Source: Marsupella aquatica (lineage: Eukaryota > Plantae > Marchantiophyta). From it: a stretch of 64,000 bases of DNA. A program made the translations under genes and the position numbers. Location of the stretch: the NCBI GenBank assembly GCA_973895155.1, contig OZ316894.1:7464234-7528233 (forward strand). Reading direction: 5' to 3'. The notes below the pieces were generated by a model. That model searched no databases and was not told where the DNA came from. It saw only the letters and a program-made list of their open reading frames with translations. Positions 37,763-51,401 of this stretch are shown in pieces (positions within the stretch are counted from its first letter, which is position 1; each line of letters starts with the position of its first letter).

Positions 37763-38206
37763 GAGCATCCCAACCAGATGCCGCAAATAGCTGCCCGGTG
37801 AGGGTTTTACCGCGGGGAAGACTGTGGGGGGGGGGATATTTTCATCCCCACTGGGACACGGCATTTTTAAATACACTGTCCCATCTCGCCAAAATAGACC
37901 TCCCGCGCGGCATTCTGCCGCGCACTACCCCTGCCCGCTCAAACACTCCATTTGAATCGCACGGAGGAGAGTTGTGGATCTGGGAAGAAATTGACTGCTC
38001 TGCCTTCACTAGGGGGGCGCCATCCTCGTGGTGGCACTGGAGGACTATCGACAAACATTTACCGCGGCTCCGTTTGCCGCGGTAGAATGGCGGGACTGGT
38101 GGGGTACCTTATTGGAGGGTACACACCAATCGGGCCTTGCATGCCACTAAAGTTGCCAGAACGCCCTTTTACCGTGTCCAGGACACCGAGTCCGGTGGGG
38201 ATGCTC
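37763..38206. mobile_element. Tourist-like MITE (PIF/Harbinger)
   Basis: TIRs GAGCATCCCAACCAGA and TCCGGTGGGGATGCTC, with TTA on both flanks. Confidence 0.85.
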
Positions 38207-39419
38207 TTACATATATAGTTAAGGACATCGGGTGTTTCTTAATGAGGTATTTGGTCGACCTTATATGGTTGACCAGCGTAAGTGGGGAGACCAGTTATGG
38301 GAGGCCAATTTATACTGACATAAAGAAACAAGGAGACACCCTTAGCTGCACATGAAGGGTGTTTGTGTGGTTCAACACTGATTTGTCACCGTCAGCATTT
38401 GAGAGCAATAGCGCTCTAATGACCACCGGCTGTCAAATACTGATTGTGAGCAGTCACACTGTAATGCCGACCGTGTATATATGTCGTATAAAACTATGGT
38501 AATAATTAAGGAGATATATTCAAGTTAAAAAGTGTTGTCGTGGCAGTGGCCTAAATATATATTACATTGCCAAAAAGACAGGAACGCCAAACCGGGAGAC
38601 ATGGTCCCAAAGGCCAAAGATCCCAATAAAGGGGTGAAGGGAAAGACCCCAAGAAGACCAAAGAGGCCCAACACGTCAAGGAGTAACCCAGAAAAACCAA
38701 AAGACAAAGAAGCAAACAACAAACATCAAACAAAAAACCCTACTAGGTGGTAAACTGAAAAGCATGGTAGAGCTCAAGAGTAACCACATACGAGGGTCAC
38801 AGAGGGGAATCTGCCTAGAGGACCTAAAACCAACTGCCTCGGCCCTACAAAGAATAGTGAAAGCCTTGTTGAGCATAGACGACATTTGCAACGGCAAGCC
38901 CATGAACCATCCAACGCACAATAGTCGACACAGAGAGATACGTGGTTCACCTCCACATGAGGCTACGTCCACGGGAACACACAAGAGCTTTACTGCACTC
39001 TAGGCCGATCGGCCATACCAAGCATCCACAGCACAAGCTCTCCCTATCTCTCAACTAGCTCCGTAACAATGAGCCTAAGTTCCACCAGGGTCTGGCATCA
39101 GCCCTGGCTATATGCACAACAGCACTACCGCTAACCTTAGCTAGGTCCTAACCCGAGTTAGCCTAACTGTGGTTAGCACAAGAGTCACAAGACTAGAGCA
39201 ATATCTAACAAACTCCCCCTTGACTCTTGTCTTGGGGACTGGACTAAATGCTACCATATGGAATCCTCAGCGGGAAGTTCTAGACAATCACCAAACCAGG
39301 TCTCCCCCTAAAAACCACAAGGGTTAACTAAGGGTTAACTAGAACTAAACCGTAGCCAAACAGGAATGAGTAATCCATATACAAATAGTCACACATTGCT
39401 AAATAACTCTACTTGCACT

Positions 39420-42400
39420 ACAACTCCAAAACCTGCAAAGTAGCACGGTGTCTTGAGAAACTCTCCAAAGGAATCACTTTGGTAAAGGCATCAGCGGGAT
39501 TGAGCTTTCCATCAATCTTGACTAGCTCAAAAGTTTTATCAGACACTGCTTGCCTGATAAAATGGTACCATGTGCTTCACCCTGCTATCCATCACCTGGT
39601 TAGCAGCCAAGTGAAGAGCACTCTGACTATCACAGTTTATAGTCATTTTTCCATGCTCTAAACCCATCTCCGCGATCAACTTATCCAACCAAATTGCTTC
39701 CTTTGTTGCTTCTGCTGCTGCAACATACTCTGCTTCTGTAGTAGACTGAGATATGCACTTTTGCAAGGTAGATTTCCAACTGATACATCCTCCTCCAAGA
39801 GTGTATACAAACCCAGTTGTAGACCTCCTTGTATCCAGACAACCTCCATAGTCAGAATCTACATAGCCAACCAACGTTCTATCTGATCTGTTATCAAATA
39901 GTAATTCATAGTCCTGTGTTCCCTTCACATACCTGAGAATCCATTTCACAGCTTCCCAGTGTACCTTCCCTGGATTTGACATGAATCTGCTAACCTTGCC
40001 CATTACTAGGGCCAAGTCAGGCCTAGTACAAGTCATCAAATACATCAGATTGCCTACTGCCTTCTCATAAGGAATCTTAGCCATCAGACCTTTCACCACA
40101 GCATCCATAGGAGAGAAAGCCGATGATAACTTGAAATGTGAAGCTAAAGGAATACTCACTGGCTTACAGTTCTCCATGTTGAATCGTGCAAGTACTTTCC
40201 TCGCATACTGGCCTTGACTCAAACACAACTATCCAGTCTCAGAGTTCCTAAAAATCTCCATCCCTAAGATCCTCTTGGCCTTACCAAGATCCTTCATCCT
40301 GAATTCAGCACTCAATTTTGCCTTGAGACTATCAACCTCAGATTGATCTTTAGCCACAATCAGCATGTCATCCACATAGATCACCAGAATGATGAAACCG
40401 AATACATTATTCTTGACTGATTTTGTATACACACAAGGATCATACACCATCCTTGTAAAACCTTGAGCAAGCATGAAATCATCAAACCGCTTGTTCCATT
40501 GTCTGGGAGACTGCTTCAATCCATACAAGGACTTGAGCAATCTGCAAACTAAGTTCTCTTGGCTCTTCTTCATAAAGCCTAGTGGTTGTCTCATGAAGAT
40601 CATCTCTTCCAAGTTGTCATAGAGAAAAGCAGTAACAACATCCATCTGATCCATCACCAGACCAAAAAACACAACAAGCTGACACAAGATCCAAATTGTG
40701 AAATACTTAACCACCGGTGAAAAGACCTCATTGTAGTCCACTCCTTTCTCTTGAGTGAACCCTTTGGTAACAAGCCTTGCCTTGTAGATCTTATCTCCAC
40801 CCTCTGAAGGACTGTCCTTCAACTTGTAAATCCACTTGCTGACCACCACTTGCTGACCTCTTGGAAGCTCCACCAGCTCCCATGTCTTGTTGTCACTCAA
40901 AGATTGCAACTCCCTCTACATTGTTGCATTCCACTCATGCTTCTGCTCTGAAGCACAAGCCTCACTATACGAAGAAGGCTCTTCTTCTTCCAAGATCAAA
41001 GCCATTTCATCTTCATCAGGTGCAATGTCAATATCATCTAGCTTAGATGAGTCTGCCTATTGACCATACCTAGTAGGAGCTCTAGTGGAACGACTGGAAG
41101 TTCTTCTAGTAGATGACTCAGGCTGATCTGTTGCTGCTGCTGGTTGAATTTGAGGTACCCCAGCAATAATCTGCTCCTCTTGTTCCATCACAGGAACCAG
41201 CTCCAAGCCCGAAGCTTCTCCATCTCTCTTGTCATGAACTGCATCATGACTAATCTCCCCCTCAACCCGGTCCGGGATGGGAGATTTCCCCTTGTCAGTA
41301 TGGGAGTCCTGAGAACGCTCCCGCTCCTTTGATGATCTGGATTCATTAAAGGACACATCTCTACTGACAATTAGCTTACAGGTTACTGGATCCCATAACC
41401 TATAACCCTTCACACCTTTCTGATAGCCAAGGAAAATGCACTTCTTCGACTTGGACTCCAGCTTGGATCGAAGCTGGGAAGGTGTAAGCACATAAGCATC
41501 ACATCCAAAAATCCTCAGATGTGAATAATCTGTTGGTCGCCTGTACCTCATTTCAAATGGCGTCTTGAATCCAATAGAACTGGATGGAGAAAAATTTACC
41601 AAATAAGCTGCAGTGTTGAGAGCTTCAGCCCAAAACTCATGTGGTAAGCATGATTGACTCAACATACTCCTCGAGCGGTCCAATAGTGTTCGGTTGAGTC
41701 TCTCAGAAACACCATTCTGCTGAGGAGTATAACTTGTTGTGAGATGGCGGGTAATCCCCTACTCCTTACAATACGTTCCAAATTCCCCGGAACTGTATTC
41801 ACCGCCGTTATCCGATCGAAGATATCCTCGGGGGTTTCACTTCCACAAAAATGGCACATCACGTGCGACGAAGTATAGGGTCGATTTATTGGTTTGAAGG
41901 AAAGACTTAAGAATTTTTGTAGAAGAACAATAGGGTCCTTTAAATTCAATTTTGAGACTTATAAGAACATTAGGGTCTTTTTAACCAAAATGGAATATTC
42001 CAAGAATATTCCAACTTTATAGGGGTTGAAAAATATTTTTTTTCTTACATTTTAGGGGGTCTGAGGCCTAAAAACGTCGTAGGGGATGGGGAGACATCCA
42101 TATAGTGAGACCCCTGAGAAGATATCTCACCTTATTACCAGTCTGATTCTCTACTCGGGCTTTCCACTCCTTAAAAGTGGCAAAAATATCAGACTTATTG
42201 TGTAGAAAGTATATCCACACATACCTTGAGTAATCGTCTATGAACGTGACATAGTATAACCGTCCAGAATGTGAGGGAGTAGGGGTTGGACCCCACACAT
42301 CACTATGTACATACTCAAGTACCTCCTTGCTGGTGTGAGTTCCAACTCTGAAGGGTTTCCTGTGCTGCTTCCCTAGCACACAGTGCTCACAAAATTCCAA

Positions 42401-43993
42401 CTTACAAGATTGCAAATTAGAAAGTAATCCTTTCTTCTGAAGAATAACCAAACCTTTTTCACTCATGTGGCCCAAACGGAAGTGCCACAGCCGGGCCGTC
42501 TCCTCATGAGATAAGGTTACATTGGCTTCATCACAGACTACACTGCCCTACAAAACGTATAGATTGCAATGTCTCTTTCCCTTCAATACAACTTTAGTAC
42601 CAGTTGAAACCTGAAGGACACCATTAGCAGAACTCCACTGATGACCATTTGCTTCTAAAACTCCAAGTGAAATGAGATTTTTCATCATGTTGGGAATATG
42701 TCTTACATTCCTCAACGTTCTCACAGCACCATCAAACATCTGAAATCTTACAGATCCAAGTCCAACAACTTGACATGGGATTCCATTTCCCATCAACACT
42801 GACCCGTTGGAAATCGTGTAAGAACTGAAACAATCTCTCCTAGAGCAAATGTGAAAAATACATGCACTATCTAGAATCCAGTCATCTTTACCTGGATTTG
42901 ACACTACGTTGAGAGCATAACTTTGACATCACAATATGTCATCATCATCGAGTAAATCTACCTCATGCGAGCTCGATGCCGCGTTAGCAGAGGCAGTTGG
43001 GACCTTTACTTGACAATCCCTTTTCATGTGGCCAGGCTTGCCACAATTCCAACATGCAAGAGGCTTCCTCTCTTGCGATTTCCCTCTGGATTTAGATCTC
43101 CCCCGTGATGTAGATCTAAACCTGTTCTGCCCATTCGTGCATTGCGCTGCTCTTCCTCTGTTCACGTTTAGCGCAGTGCCAGAAGAAGATGCTGTCTGTG
43201 ATTGACCCAACTTCTTCTGAGCATCATCAGACAGTAATGAGCTCACCACCTCATTATACGAAATAGACTTCAAATCTCTGTACAAGAGCACCTGTATTAA
43301 GCCCTGATAAGACGGCGGTAAGGAGCTTAGCAGAAGCAAGGCCTTATCCTCATCTTCAACTCTTTTTCCCAGGTTTGACAGATCCACCGCAACACTGTCA
43401 AATTCATCTAGGTGATCCTGCATCTTGCTCCCTTCCTTGAGCCTAAGGCTCATCAAGAGAGACTTCTTGTACAGCCGGTCTGACGCATCTTCTCGGTAGT
43501 ACTTCTCTCTAAGAGCCTTGAACAGTGACGTGCAATCCGCATAATCATCCAGTTGTTTGATGATGTGCGGCTTGAGATATAGCATCATTGCATTGACAGC
43601 AATCACCTGCTCCTGTCTCCACTGTCTCACAGAAATCTCCTCCTCTCCATCATACTGTTCTCGCGAAGAGAGCAGATGAGCTAAGCCCATGGCCCGTAGA
43701 ACACCCTTGACTTGCTTCTCCCACAGCAAGTAATCAGAACGACCATCGTACTTCTCCACCTCAAACTTCACTCCTCCGAATCTAGCCATCTCCCTCTTCT
43801 TCCCTACTACCGACAGCTCTAGTAGTAACACAGCTTCCTCCATTGCACGCCGCACCGGTGATCGTACCGGTGTCACTAGTTCTTCCTCAAACGGTAGCAG
43901 CTCCTCCTCAGACTCTTCGTCTGACCGTCGCGATCCTGAAGCTCCACCGACGCCAATTCTTCCAGTATCCTCCGAGTCACTCATATGAAACAA
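39420..43993 (-). pseudogene. Copia gag-pol with multiple stops, a frameshift and a MITE insertion
   Basis: Gag (FEVEKYDGRSDYLLW), knuckle CWNCGKPGHMKRDC, protease WILDSAC, integrase (HSDVWGP, FIDDYSR, RSDNGGEY), RT (SLYGLKQSPRQW, YVDDML) and RNase H (GYVDSD, STTEAEY). The left boundary is approximate. Confidence 0.93.
41827..42118. mobile_element. 292-bp MITE with 8-bp TSD, same terminus as the large DNA transposon ending at 15371
   Basis: TIRs are CTCGGGGGTTTCACT and AGTGAGACCCCTGAG. The TSD AAGATATC is at 41819-41826 and 42119-42126. The element splits the integrase motif KVRYL|RSDNGGEY. Confidence 0.93.
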
Positions 43994-46900
43994 TCATGAA
44001 AAAACGTCTTTTTTTGAAACTTCTCATAAAACTCAAAACTCAACACCGCCGCGTAGCCCACGAAGCTAGGAGTCCAATATTGAAAGCCAAAATCAAAATC
44101 AAAATTCGACGGAAAAGTTATTCAAATTTTGGTCGGGGTGGGTAAAACCTTGGGAAACTCCCCCGTTTTGACCACCTCGGAGAATAACCAAAATACCCAA
44201 TACAACCTGTCGTCAGAATCGTGATGTGATCGGTGCGCCGCGTTACTAACTCCAGTGGCAACGTCCTCACCGAAAAAGAACCAAAAAAGTTACCATTCGG
44301 CGGACGGAATCTTTGTCAGACGGCCGAAAAACAGCTCTCTGTTTTTCAGGAATATTCCCGCACAGTACAGCAGGTCTCACAGGGGGCAGTTCCCCCTGTC
44401 CAAGCGGTTAAAACGGAGGGCGGCAGGTCCCGGCACATGGGACAAACTAATGAGAGGGAAAAAAGGCTAAAAATGGGCACTAAAGGGGGTGCTTAAGCCC
44501 CTTAAAGCCTAAAATACCCCGTAAAGGGCCGGGGGTACGAAGGGCGTATGGCCGGCGTCGGGGCGGGACGAGGGTACAACCGCGTACAAGCGGCGTAGAG
44601 CCGCAAAGGGCTAGGCATACAATGACAGGGCGGTGCCGCGGTAGCGACCGACACAATATGGCGGAGGGCGTACGAGCGCACAAAAAGTGCCGGCCGGTGT
44701 TGCGCAGCTCGTCGCCGCGGCTGAAGGATGAGGGGAAAACAAGGTGCGGGGGGGTCGGGCGTACAAGGGGAAACGATGGGGGACCAAGGGCCGGGAGGGT
44801 GTGTATACACACCAAAAGTGGCCCTAACCTAAGATTTGACTTTAAAACAAAAAAGCCGTTTACACAATTTGAACGCCGCCAACAGGAAATATTGCCGAAT
44901 TGCACCAGCACGGTCTGCAGCTCCAGCAGAGAAAAAAAAATTCCGATGCGTCACACTCACTCCGTGTCAAGTGCCAATCCCGGACTCAAAACGACCGCTT
45001 CGCCGCGATCAAACCGTTGAGCCGTAGCACTTCGCGTTTCTTCCACCAAGTCGGATGTCACGAAGAGAAACCCGGTTCAGATGAGAACAAGCTCCATAGC
45101 TTGTGAAAAAACCTGAACGCCTCCGTCACTCGTCACGTCGCACTCGGTAACAACTCGGCAACAAATCAACTACCAAAACGATCAGCTTGCTTCAACCTTC
45201 AACTTGAGCTACAACATGCGACGCCTCCCGCACCGCACAGCTCACACTGTTGAAAACACAAACTCTGGTCTCTCCCCCGAAAAACCGCCGAACACGAATA
45301 AAACCTGAACGACGCAAACTTCGATTCCTCTGCACCACGGATACCGATCAGCGAGTTCTAACCACCGTTAGAAAGCCCTCTCACTAACCTATCCGCTCAG
45401 CCACACACATTCAAGTTTCATGCGATGAAACTCCGAATGTACCATTGACAATGAACGCTGCAAAAACCTGTCACGAAAAAACCTCGTCACCTCCCAGGCA
45501 TGCTCTGATACCACTTGTTGAGCATAGACGACATTCGCAATGGCAAGCCCATGAACCATCCAACGCACAATAGTCGACACAGAGAGATACGTGGTTCACC
45601 TCCACATGAGGCTACGTCCACGGGAACACACAAGAGCTTTACTGCACTCTAGGCCGATCGGCCATACCAAGCATCCACAGCACAAGCTCTCCCTATCTCT
45701 CAACTAGCTCCGTAACAATGAGCCTAAGTTCCACCAGGGTCTGGCATCAGCCCTAGCTATATGCACAACAGCACTACCGCTAACCTTAGCTAGGTCCTAA
45801 CCCGAGTTAGCCTAACTGTGGTTAGCACAAGAGTCACAAGACTAGAGCAATATCTAACAAGCCTAGGCCCTCTGAAGTGTCACTGATACCCTCTGTCAAA
45901 AGCCTAAAGCCGCGAAACCTGAAAACTACCTAGACTACCTTAACGTGAAGCAAAGTCCTACCTTGATCATCGACAGAGATTAAGGCACTCCTCCAACACA
46001 CTACGTTTCTAATTACCTGTCAGGCACCTTGTTTGATTTTGTCAGAGGATTGATTAAGGTTCAAAAACAGAACCCGAGACCAACTGGTGCGCAATGCCAA
46101 CTGTCAAGACCCATTGGGCTGTGCAATACCAACAGGTGCAAACGAAACACTAGGGTCTAGTCCCAGTTTCTTGGATGTCTCCCAAGCTGGGTTATCTTTA
46201 AACCACTACTAGCCTGGGTACTAGCGACAACAAAAATCTGGTTACACCAGGTTTCACCATAAATAGAATTCGTGAATTTGTGGAGCAATACGGAATGGGA
46301 ATGAGAGGAAAGTGAAAAAGGGAATTTGTGGAGCAATATGGAATGAGAGGAAGTCTTGGACAGTTGCTCCCCCTTTTATATGGCTAGTGGCGGTTTAAGA
46401 GCACCTGTGATCACCTCAAAGCAGAACCCCTCCAAAAACCAGAAGTCTGAATCATAATGATGCTAAACTGGAGGTTGTCTTGTGCCCCTGGGCCAACCTT
46501 GAGATACCGGGAGCATGACTGCAGACAATGAGAATGAATGACAAAATGTACTTGAATCTTGCAAAGGGCAAGCCCAGTCTGTGCCTCCATTTTTCTCACT
46601 GCTCTCAAAAGCTGTGGCCAATTGACCAACTCCAGACCAATGCTAAGCCGAACCCAGACGTTCGCCACAAAACCAGCACTCTGGATTCTAGCAACCCTTT
46701 CCATGTCAATCCCTATGTGGATGGCGAGCTCCATAGGAAAAAGGGAAACTCTTGCTTCTGCTCTCTGGGTGGGCTTTTCTTATGCTTGGGCCACTCTGCC
46801 CCTTTGCATGCTATAAAGCTTCCTTTTTAATTTTTAATTTTTTAAGAAAGCTCGCTTTTACTGGGGATCTTATGAGCCAATAAATCAAATTCTTATCATT

Positions 46901-48892
46901 CTAGGTTTTGGGGGTTTACATTTGCCTACTTCTGTTTGAGTTTCCTGTTTGTCCTGTCTGGACTCTTTTGCTTTCACTCCATTGTCTTTTGTTTGATCCT
47001 TTTTATAAACTGGTTCTGGTCTTGGTTATTAAACACAGCCAAGAGAGAAGCAAGAGCAAAAACATTTAATGTTGTACTTTGTTTGGCACTTTTAATAAAT
47101 TGGTCTATTTTTGTTTATTCAACAAACAGAGAGACAGAGGCAGCAGCAAAAAGATCTAACGTTTTACTTTGTTTGGACCTTTTTAGTAACTAGCCTGACT
47201 ATCCATTCTTGTAACAAGAACAGAGGTGAGTCCTATGCTTCATCCATTCACTGCACACCCCCATCCTCAACTCTGGTTGCACTTCCAAACTCAGCCTAGA
47301 GCAGCGTTTTTCTAATTGGCAAATTCTTGTCAAATTCTTACATCAAAATATTGTTAGCTTTGTTAGCAAAGGAAAATAAATGGGCAGTTTCCAAAACATA
47401 TTACCAGATTGGACTTCAGTTTGGTGGCAACTTGCCGCCACTTCTGAGGGGCAAGGGCATGAAGTTGCCACTCCCTCCCGCCAGCCCGTGCAGTAAAGTT
47501 GTCACTCTCCTCACCTTGACATTTCCTGGCCCGGCCACCTCCTCCTGTATACTTTGCATGCCAGTTGCCACCTGCAGCGCAAAGGCTTGGGGAAATTGAG
47601 AATCCATTGATAGACCATCGATAGCAAGAATCAACGTACCCAAAACCTCATAAGTTAGTAGGATGTCCATCAAGCAAATACCTCCAAAAAAACGTAAAAC
47701 AAGACCTTTGACTGATCCAGACCATTGATAGTTTGTTTGATACAACATAAATCGACAACGCACCTCATAGGTTAGTAGGCGGTCCTTCCAGCAAGACCTT
47801 ATGAATTATTAAATCTATACAAATCCTCGTAGGCTAGTAGGCGGTCCATGCAGCAAATACGTCCAAAAAACTGTAACGTTAAACAGTTAATAACGGCTCG
47901 TGAGCGCAGAGCGCATCCGTGGAGGAGCGTGACGCCGGGAATTGGGGGCTCCGCGAGTAACGACAAGGAGAAGCAACGGGCTGCGCGGGATGACTGTCTG
48001 TCCCTCTGGTCTAGTCCGTCGTCTGTCGGCCTGCGGCCTGCCTGTCTTGCCGTGAATGAAGCTCGCAGCCTCGATCGAACGCCCGAAGCCTCGACTGGAC
48101 TAGCCTGCCTCGCCATCGCCAACGGACGGGCGGCTGCTTCGCATTGCACATGGGGGCCTTCCCCCGTGGTCCGGCGAGTGTGCTGGCGAGTCAGAACTCC
48201 CTCTGTCGTGGAAAGCCCACCTACTGTAAAGCGCGCATGGTGTAGCTCTGTCCCGTGTCCACTCGACGATCAACACTCAGCAGCAGCAGTCGCAGCTGCA
48301 GCTGCACCAGAGACTCTCTGCTGCTGTGCTGCAAGTCTGCACTACAGTGCTCCGCTCTGAACTCTCTCAATTGAGCTCTGGGAAGGCCGCAGAGCAAATT
48401 AATGTGTGGACGTCGGGGAGTTATTAGTGTCATCGCAGCTCTGTTCTCTCTGTTCCGCCCAGCTGCACTGAACGGCAGCCACGCCCTCGGCCGCGCCCGG
48501 CAATCTGGAATTCGTCGTGTCCACGGTTTTGGCATTCGGGAGAGCCTCTGGTGTGAATGCATCATCAGATCATTGTGTCTGGGGAGTGAGTCTCTAAGGC
48601 CGCGCTGAGCCTTTGCAGCATTACTTCCGAGCTTTGAAAGTTGCTAGCATTATCTGTTTATACGGAAGACTCGTGTGGACCTACGGGACGTTTGAGGTGA
48701 GAGGAGCGGCGGGTCTCTTCGTATTATTGTGGGGAGTGAGTGGTGCTGCGTTGAGCACCAAGAACGAAAGGAGCTTTGTCGGTGCGCGCTTGGAGTGCTT
48801 TCGCCGACGGAGTTGGGGGACGGTGCCCTCGGTCAATCGGTGGTAGGTGGGGTTGCGGACTCGGAGCTTCGATTCGGACACCTTGAAAAAGA

Positions 48893-49426
48893 ATGGTGAT
48901 GGCGGGAGGACGCAGTGTCAACAGACTCGCCTGTGTGGCATTAGTTCTTGGACTCTTCATGATATCGCTCATGGCTGCCGACGTGCAAGCGCAAGCTCCC
49001 GCTCCCGCTCCCGCGCCTTCGAGCGATGGTGAGTTTACGGGTCCACTGCTGTTCTTCTCCGAAAGCAAATGCATCGTCGTCGAGTTCGTTGTGTAGTTCT
49101 TGGGCTGTTTGTGCAATTGGAGTGATAGGTTCAGTTAATGTGCTGGTCATGGATCTGAATGTGAGCTTCTCGATCTGTTCCGCAGTTAGAGTCTATGGTC
49201 CTACCGGAGTGGTTGTTTTGCACATCGTGTTCTGCTACAGTATTTTTCCTGAGCTCTTTTCTTCGGGTAGACAACTATCATTTCGGTTCGATCCTTCTGA
49301 CGGTTGTCTTGACATGCTTGAGCTGCAGGGCACTCCATCGATCAGGGCATCGCCTATTTTCTCCTCTTGTTGGCGCTCGTTTTGACATATCTCATCCCCT
49401 TAGATGCTTACCCGAACTTCTTTTGA
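48893..49426 (+). CDS. Arabinogalactan peptide (AGP16/20/22/41-like)
   Basis: Exons 48893-49028 and 49329-49426. Signal peptide, QAPAPAPAPSSDG|HSIDQGIAYFLLLLALVLTYLIPLDAYPNFF*, a typical AG-peptide with a hydrophobic C-terminal signal. Confidence 0.93.
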
Positions 49427-51401
49427 GGTGAGGGTGATTAGGGGAAGGAAAGTTACCTTTGCTTGCTCTTGCGTACAGCATTAGTCGGTGAAAGGAGAAT
49501 GGAGAGAAGATTGCATGCTTCAACCATGGCGCAATCATGGAACGGAAATGGACTGTGTGGCGAAAGTACGCATTGAAGCTTGTGGGAGAGGTTTTTTGAT
49601 CGTCGTTAGACCGGTGTGGTTTTTTATTGTAGGAGATTAGCGATCTATGGGCTGATGCAAGGCACCTTCATTCTTTGTGCGGTATATGTTCTGTACATTA
49701 ACAGTTTAGCGATCTATAGCTTGCAAGGCAGCCCCATTCTTTTGCTATGGAAAGTTGGCACAACACAATAGGATTCCTGGCTCTGGATGCTTGGAAGTAA
49801 TTAGTTACTTCTCTACATGAGATTGCCGGAACGTGGAAAGTACATCCACTTGTTGTGCTTCACTAATCTATACATTTACATTCGTAACCTGAGATGTAAT
49901 GGCAATGTTCTGACATTGGAAATCACTTTGATACTGGGTCTGTTGCTCGCAACGTGGAAGCTGTCCGTCGCTCTAGAGTTGTATGAGTGTTCGGCATTTT
50001 CTGCTATGAAAGAGACGCATGGAACTGTAAGGAACTTGGGACCTTGCCTCAATTTGACGGAGGACAACCTGCCTAGGGATCTCGAAGGCCATTTATAATA
50101 AATCTACAAATGAGAAGTAGGAATCCATTATAATAATAGCTCGGTAGGTCGAGTAACAAAGATTTGACCTGATAAAAATTTGGATGTGATTCTTCGATAC
50201 TGAGGAAACGAACATCAACACAAATGTGCACTAGTATGCTTGTGTTATCAATTTGCTTCATTTCGTGTCCCCAAGTGTATATATTCTTAGCTCCGTTTTA
50301 AAGGAGTAACACTAAGCTGTTGTGAAATGCTGTAGAGGGCTCTCTTTGTTTCTCATTAAGCTGCTGTAGAAAGCTATGAAGATCTCTTTGGTTCTCTGAG
50401 ATAAGAGTAATGATTTAGTGGCCCTTGATATTTTAGGACTGCAAATCTCTGGGGTCCATGATTTTCTATCCACCTGAAATTCCTACCTACCCAACGTAGA
50501 GCTAAAAGCTTCTATGCATCCAATATACATATATGACTTCTTACTCCACAAAATAATCTAGTCCTAACAATGCGTCGTCCCAAAACATACTTTGTGTGCC
50601 AAACTTTTTTCGACCACAAAGGTACCTGCGTGAGTTAACCCCACCGACTTCATATGTATCAGAAGAATAACTAACATGATTTAATACAAGCAACGGCAAA
50701 AGTGACATCTTATAAGCCTAAAATGTGAGATTGTGATGCATCATTACGCAATTTGAATTCAAGCATAACCCCGCTATGAGGAATCTTCGTCTCTACATTC
50801 CTCGCGTACGTATTTTATAGATGGAGATAGAGGGGGCTGTCGAAAAGGGAACGACCGTAAAAATACTTACGAAACCTGCCGGGAAAATTTGCAAGACACA
50901 TCAAAACACTAAGCAAGATTTACAGACTGAATATTTGTTAAATCGAAAGCAAGCGATACATAGAAGAACGTTAGCTGCCCAGATCAGGCTACAAAAGCTT
51001 TACTTCTAAGCCAAAATCTGCAATCAGTACCCACGCTGATGGGGAACCTGAGGAGCATTGATCGAATTCTGGACACTACAGAATGTAGGTGGGTCCAAAG
51101 CTGTACCTACATCGAAGCTTTATAAGACACTACAAATAACTTATAGCACAAATGCAATGACATTACAAACAAGCTTCAATGACACTCTCATGGACAATCT
51201 GCCTCTTAACTTGGAAATTTGGTAGAACACTGCCGCTGAACTATCAGTTCAGACATCTAAAGAGAACGACTAGCCTACGGCATAAAAATATCCTACTTCA
51301 AAAAGATTGCCCCTCTCAGTGAGGGAGGGTGCAAGTCTGCCACGATCAACTATGTGGGTATCCTGTTTTGGTCATTCCTCAAAGAAACACCTTCGTCATT
51401 A

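Larger units (their letters stand above)
38867..45859 (-). mobile_element. Full-length Ty1/copia LTR retrotransposon (Tnt1/Tork-like), decayed
   Basis: 344-bp LTRs (38867-39210 and 45516-45859, 3 substitutions seen); TSD AGCCT; PBS TGGTATCAGAGC (tRNA-iMet, 45502-45513); PPT AAGGGGGAG next to the 3' LTR. Confidence 0.97.

Noticed and set aside
46900-47880. Short dispersed duplications (CCTCATA(A/G)GTTAGTAGG x3 and others) as a transposon end
   Set aside because: No TIR or TSD was found to define an element.
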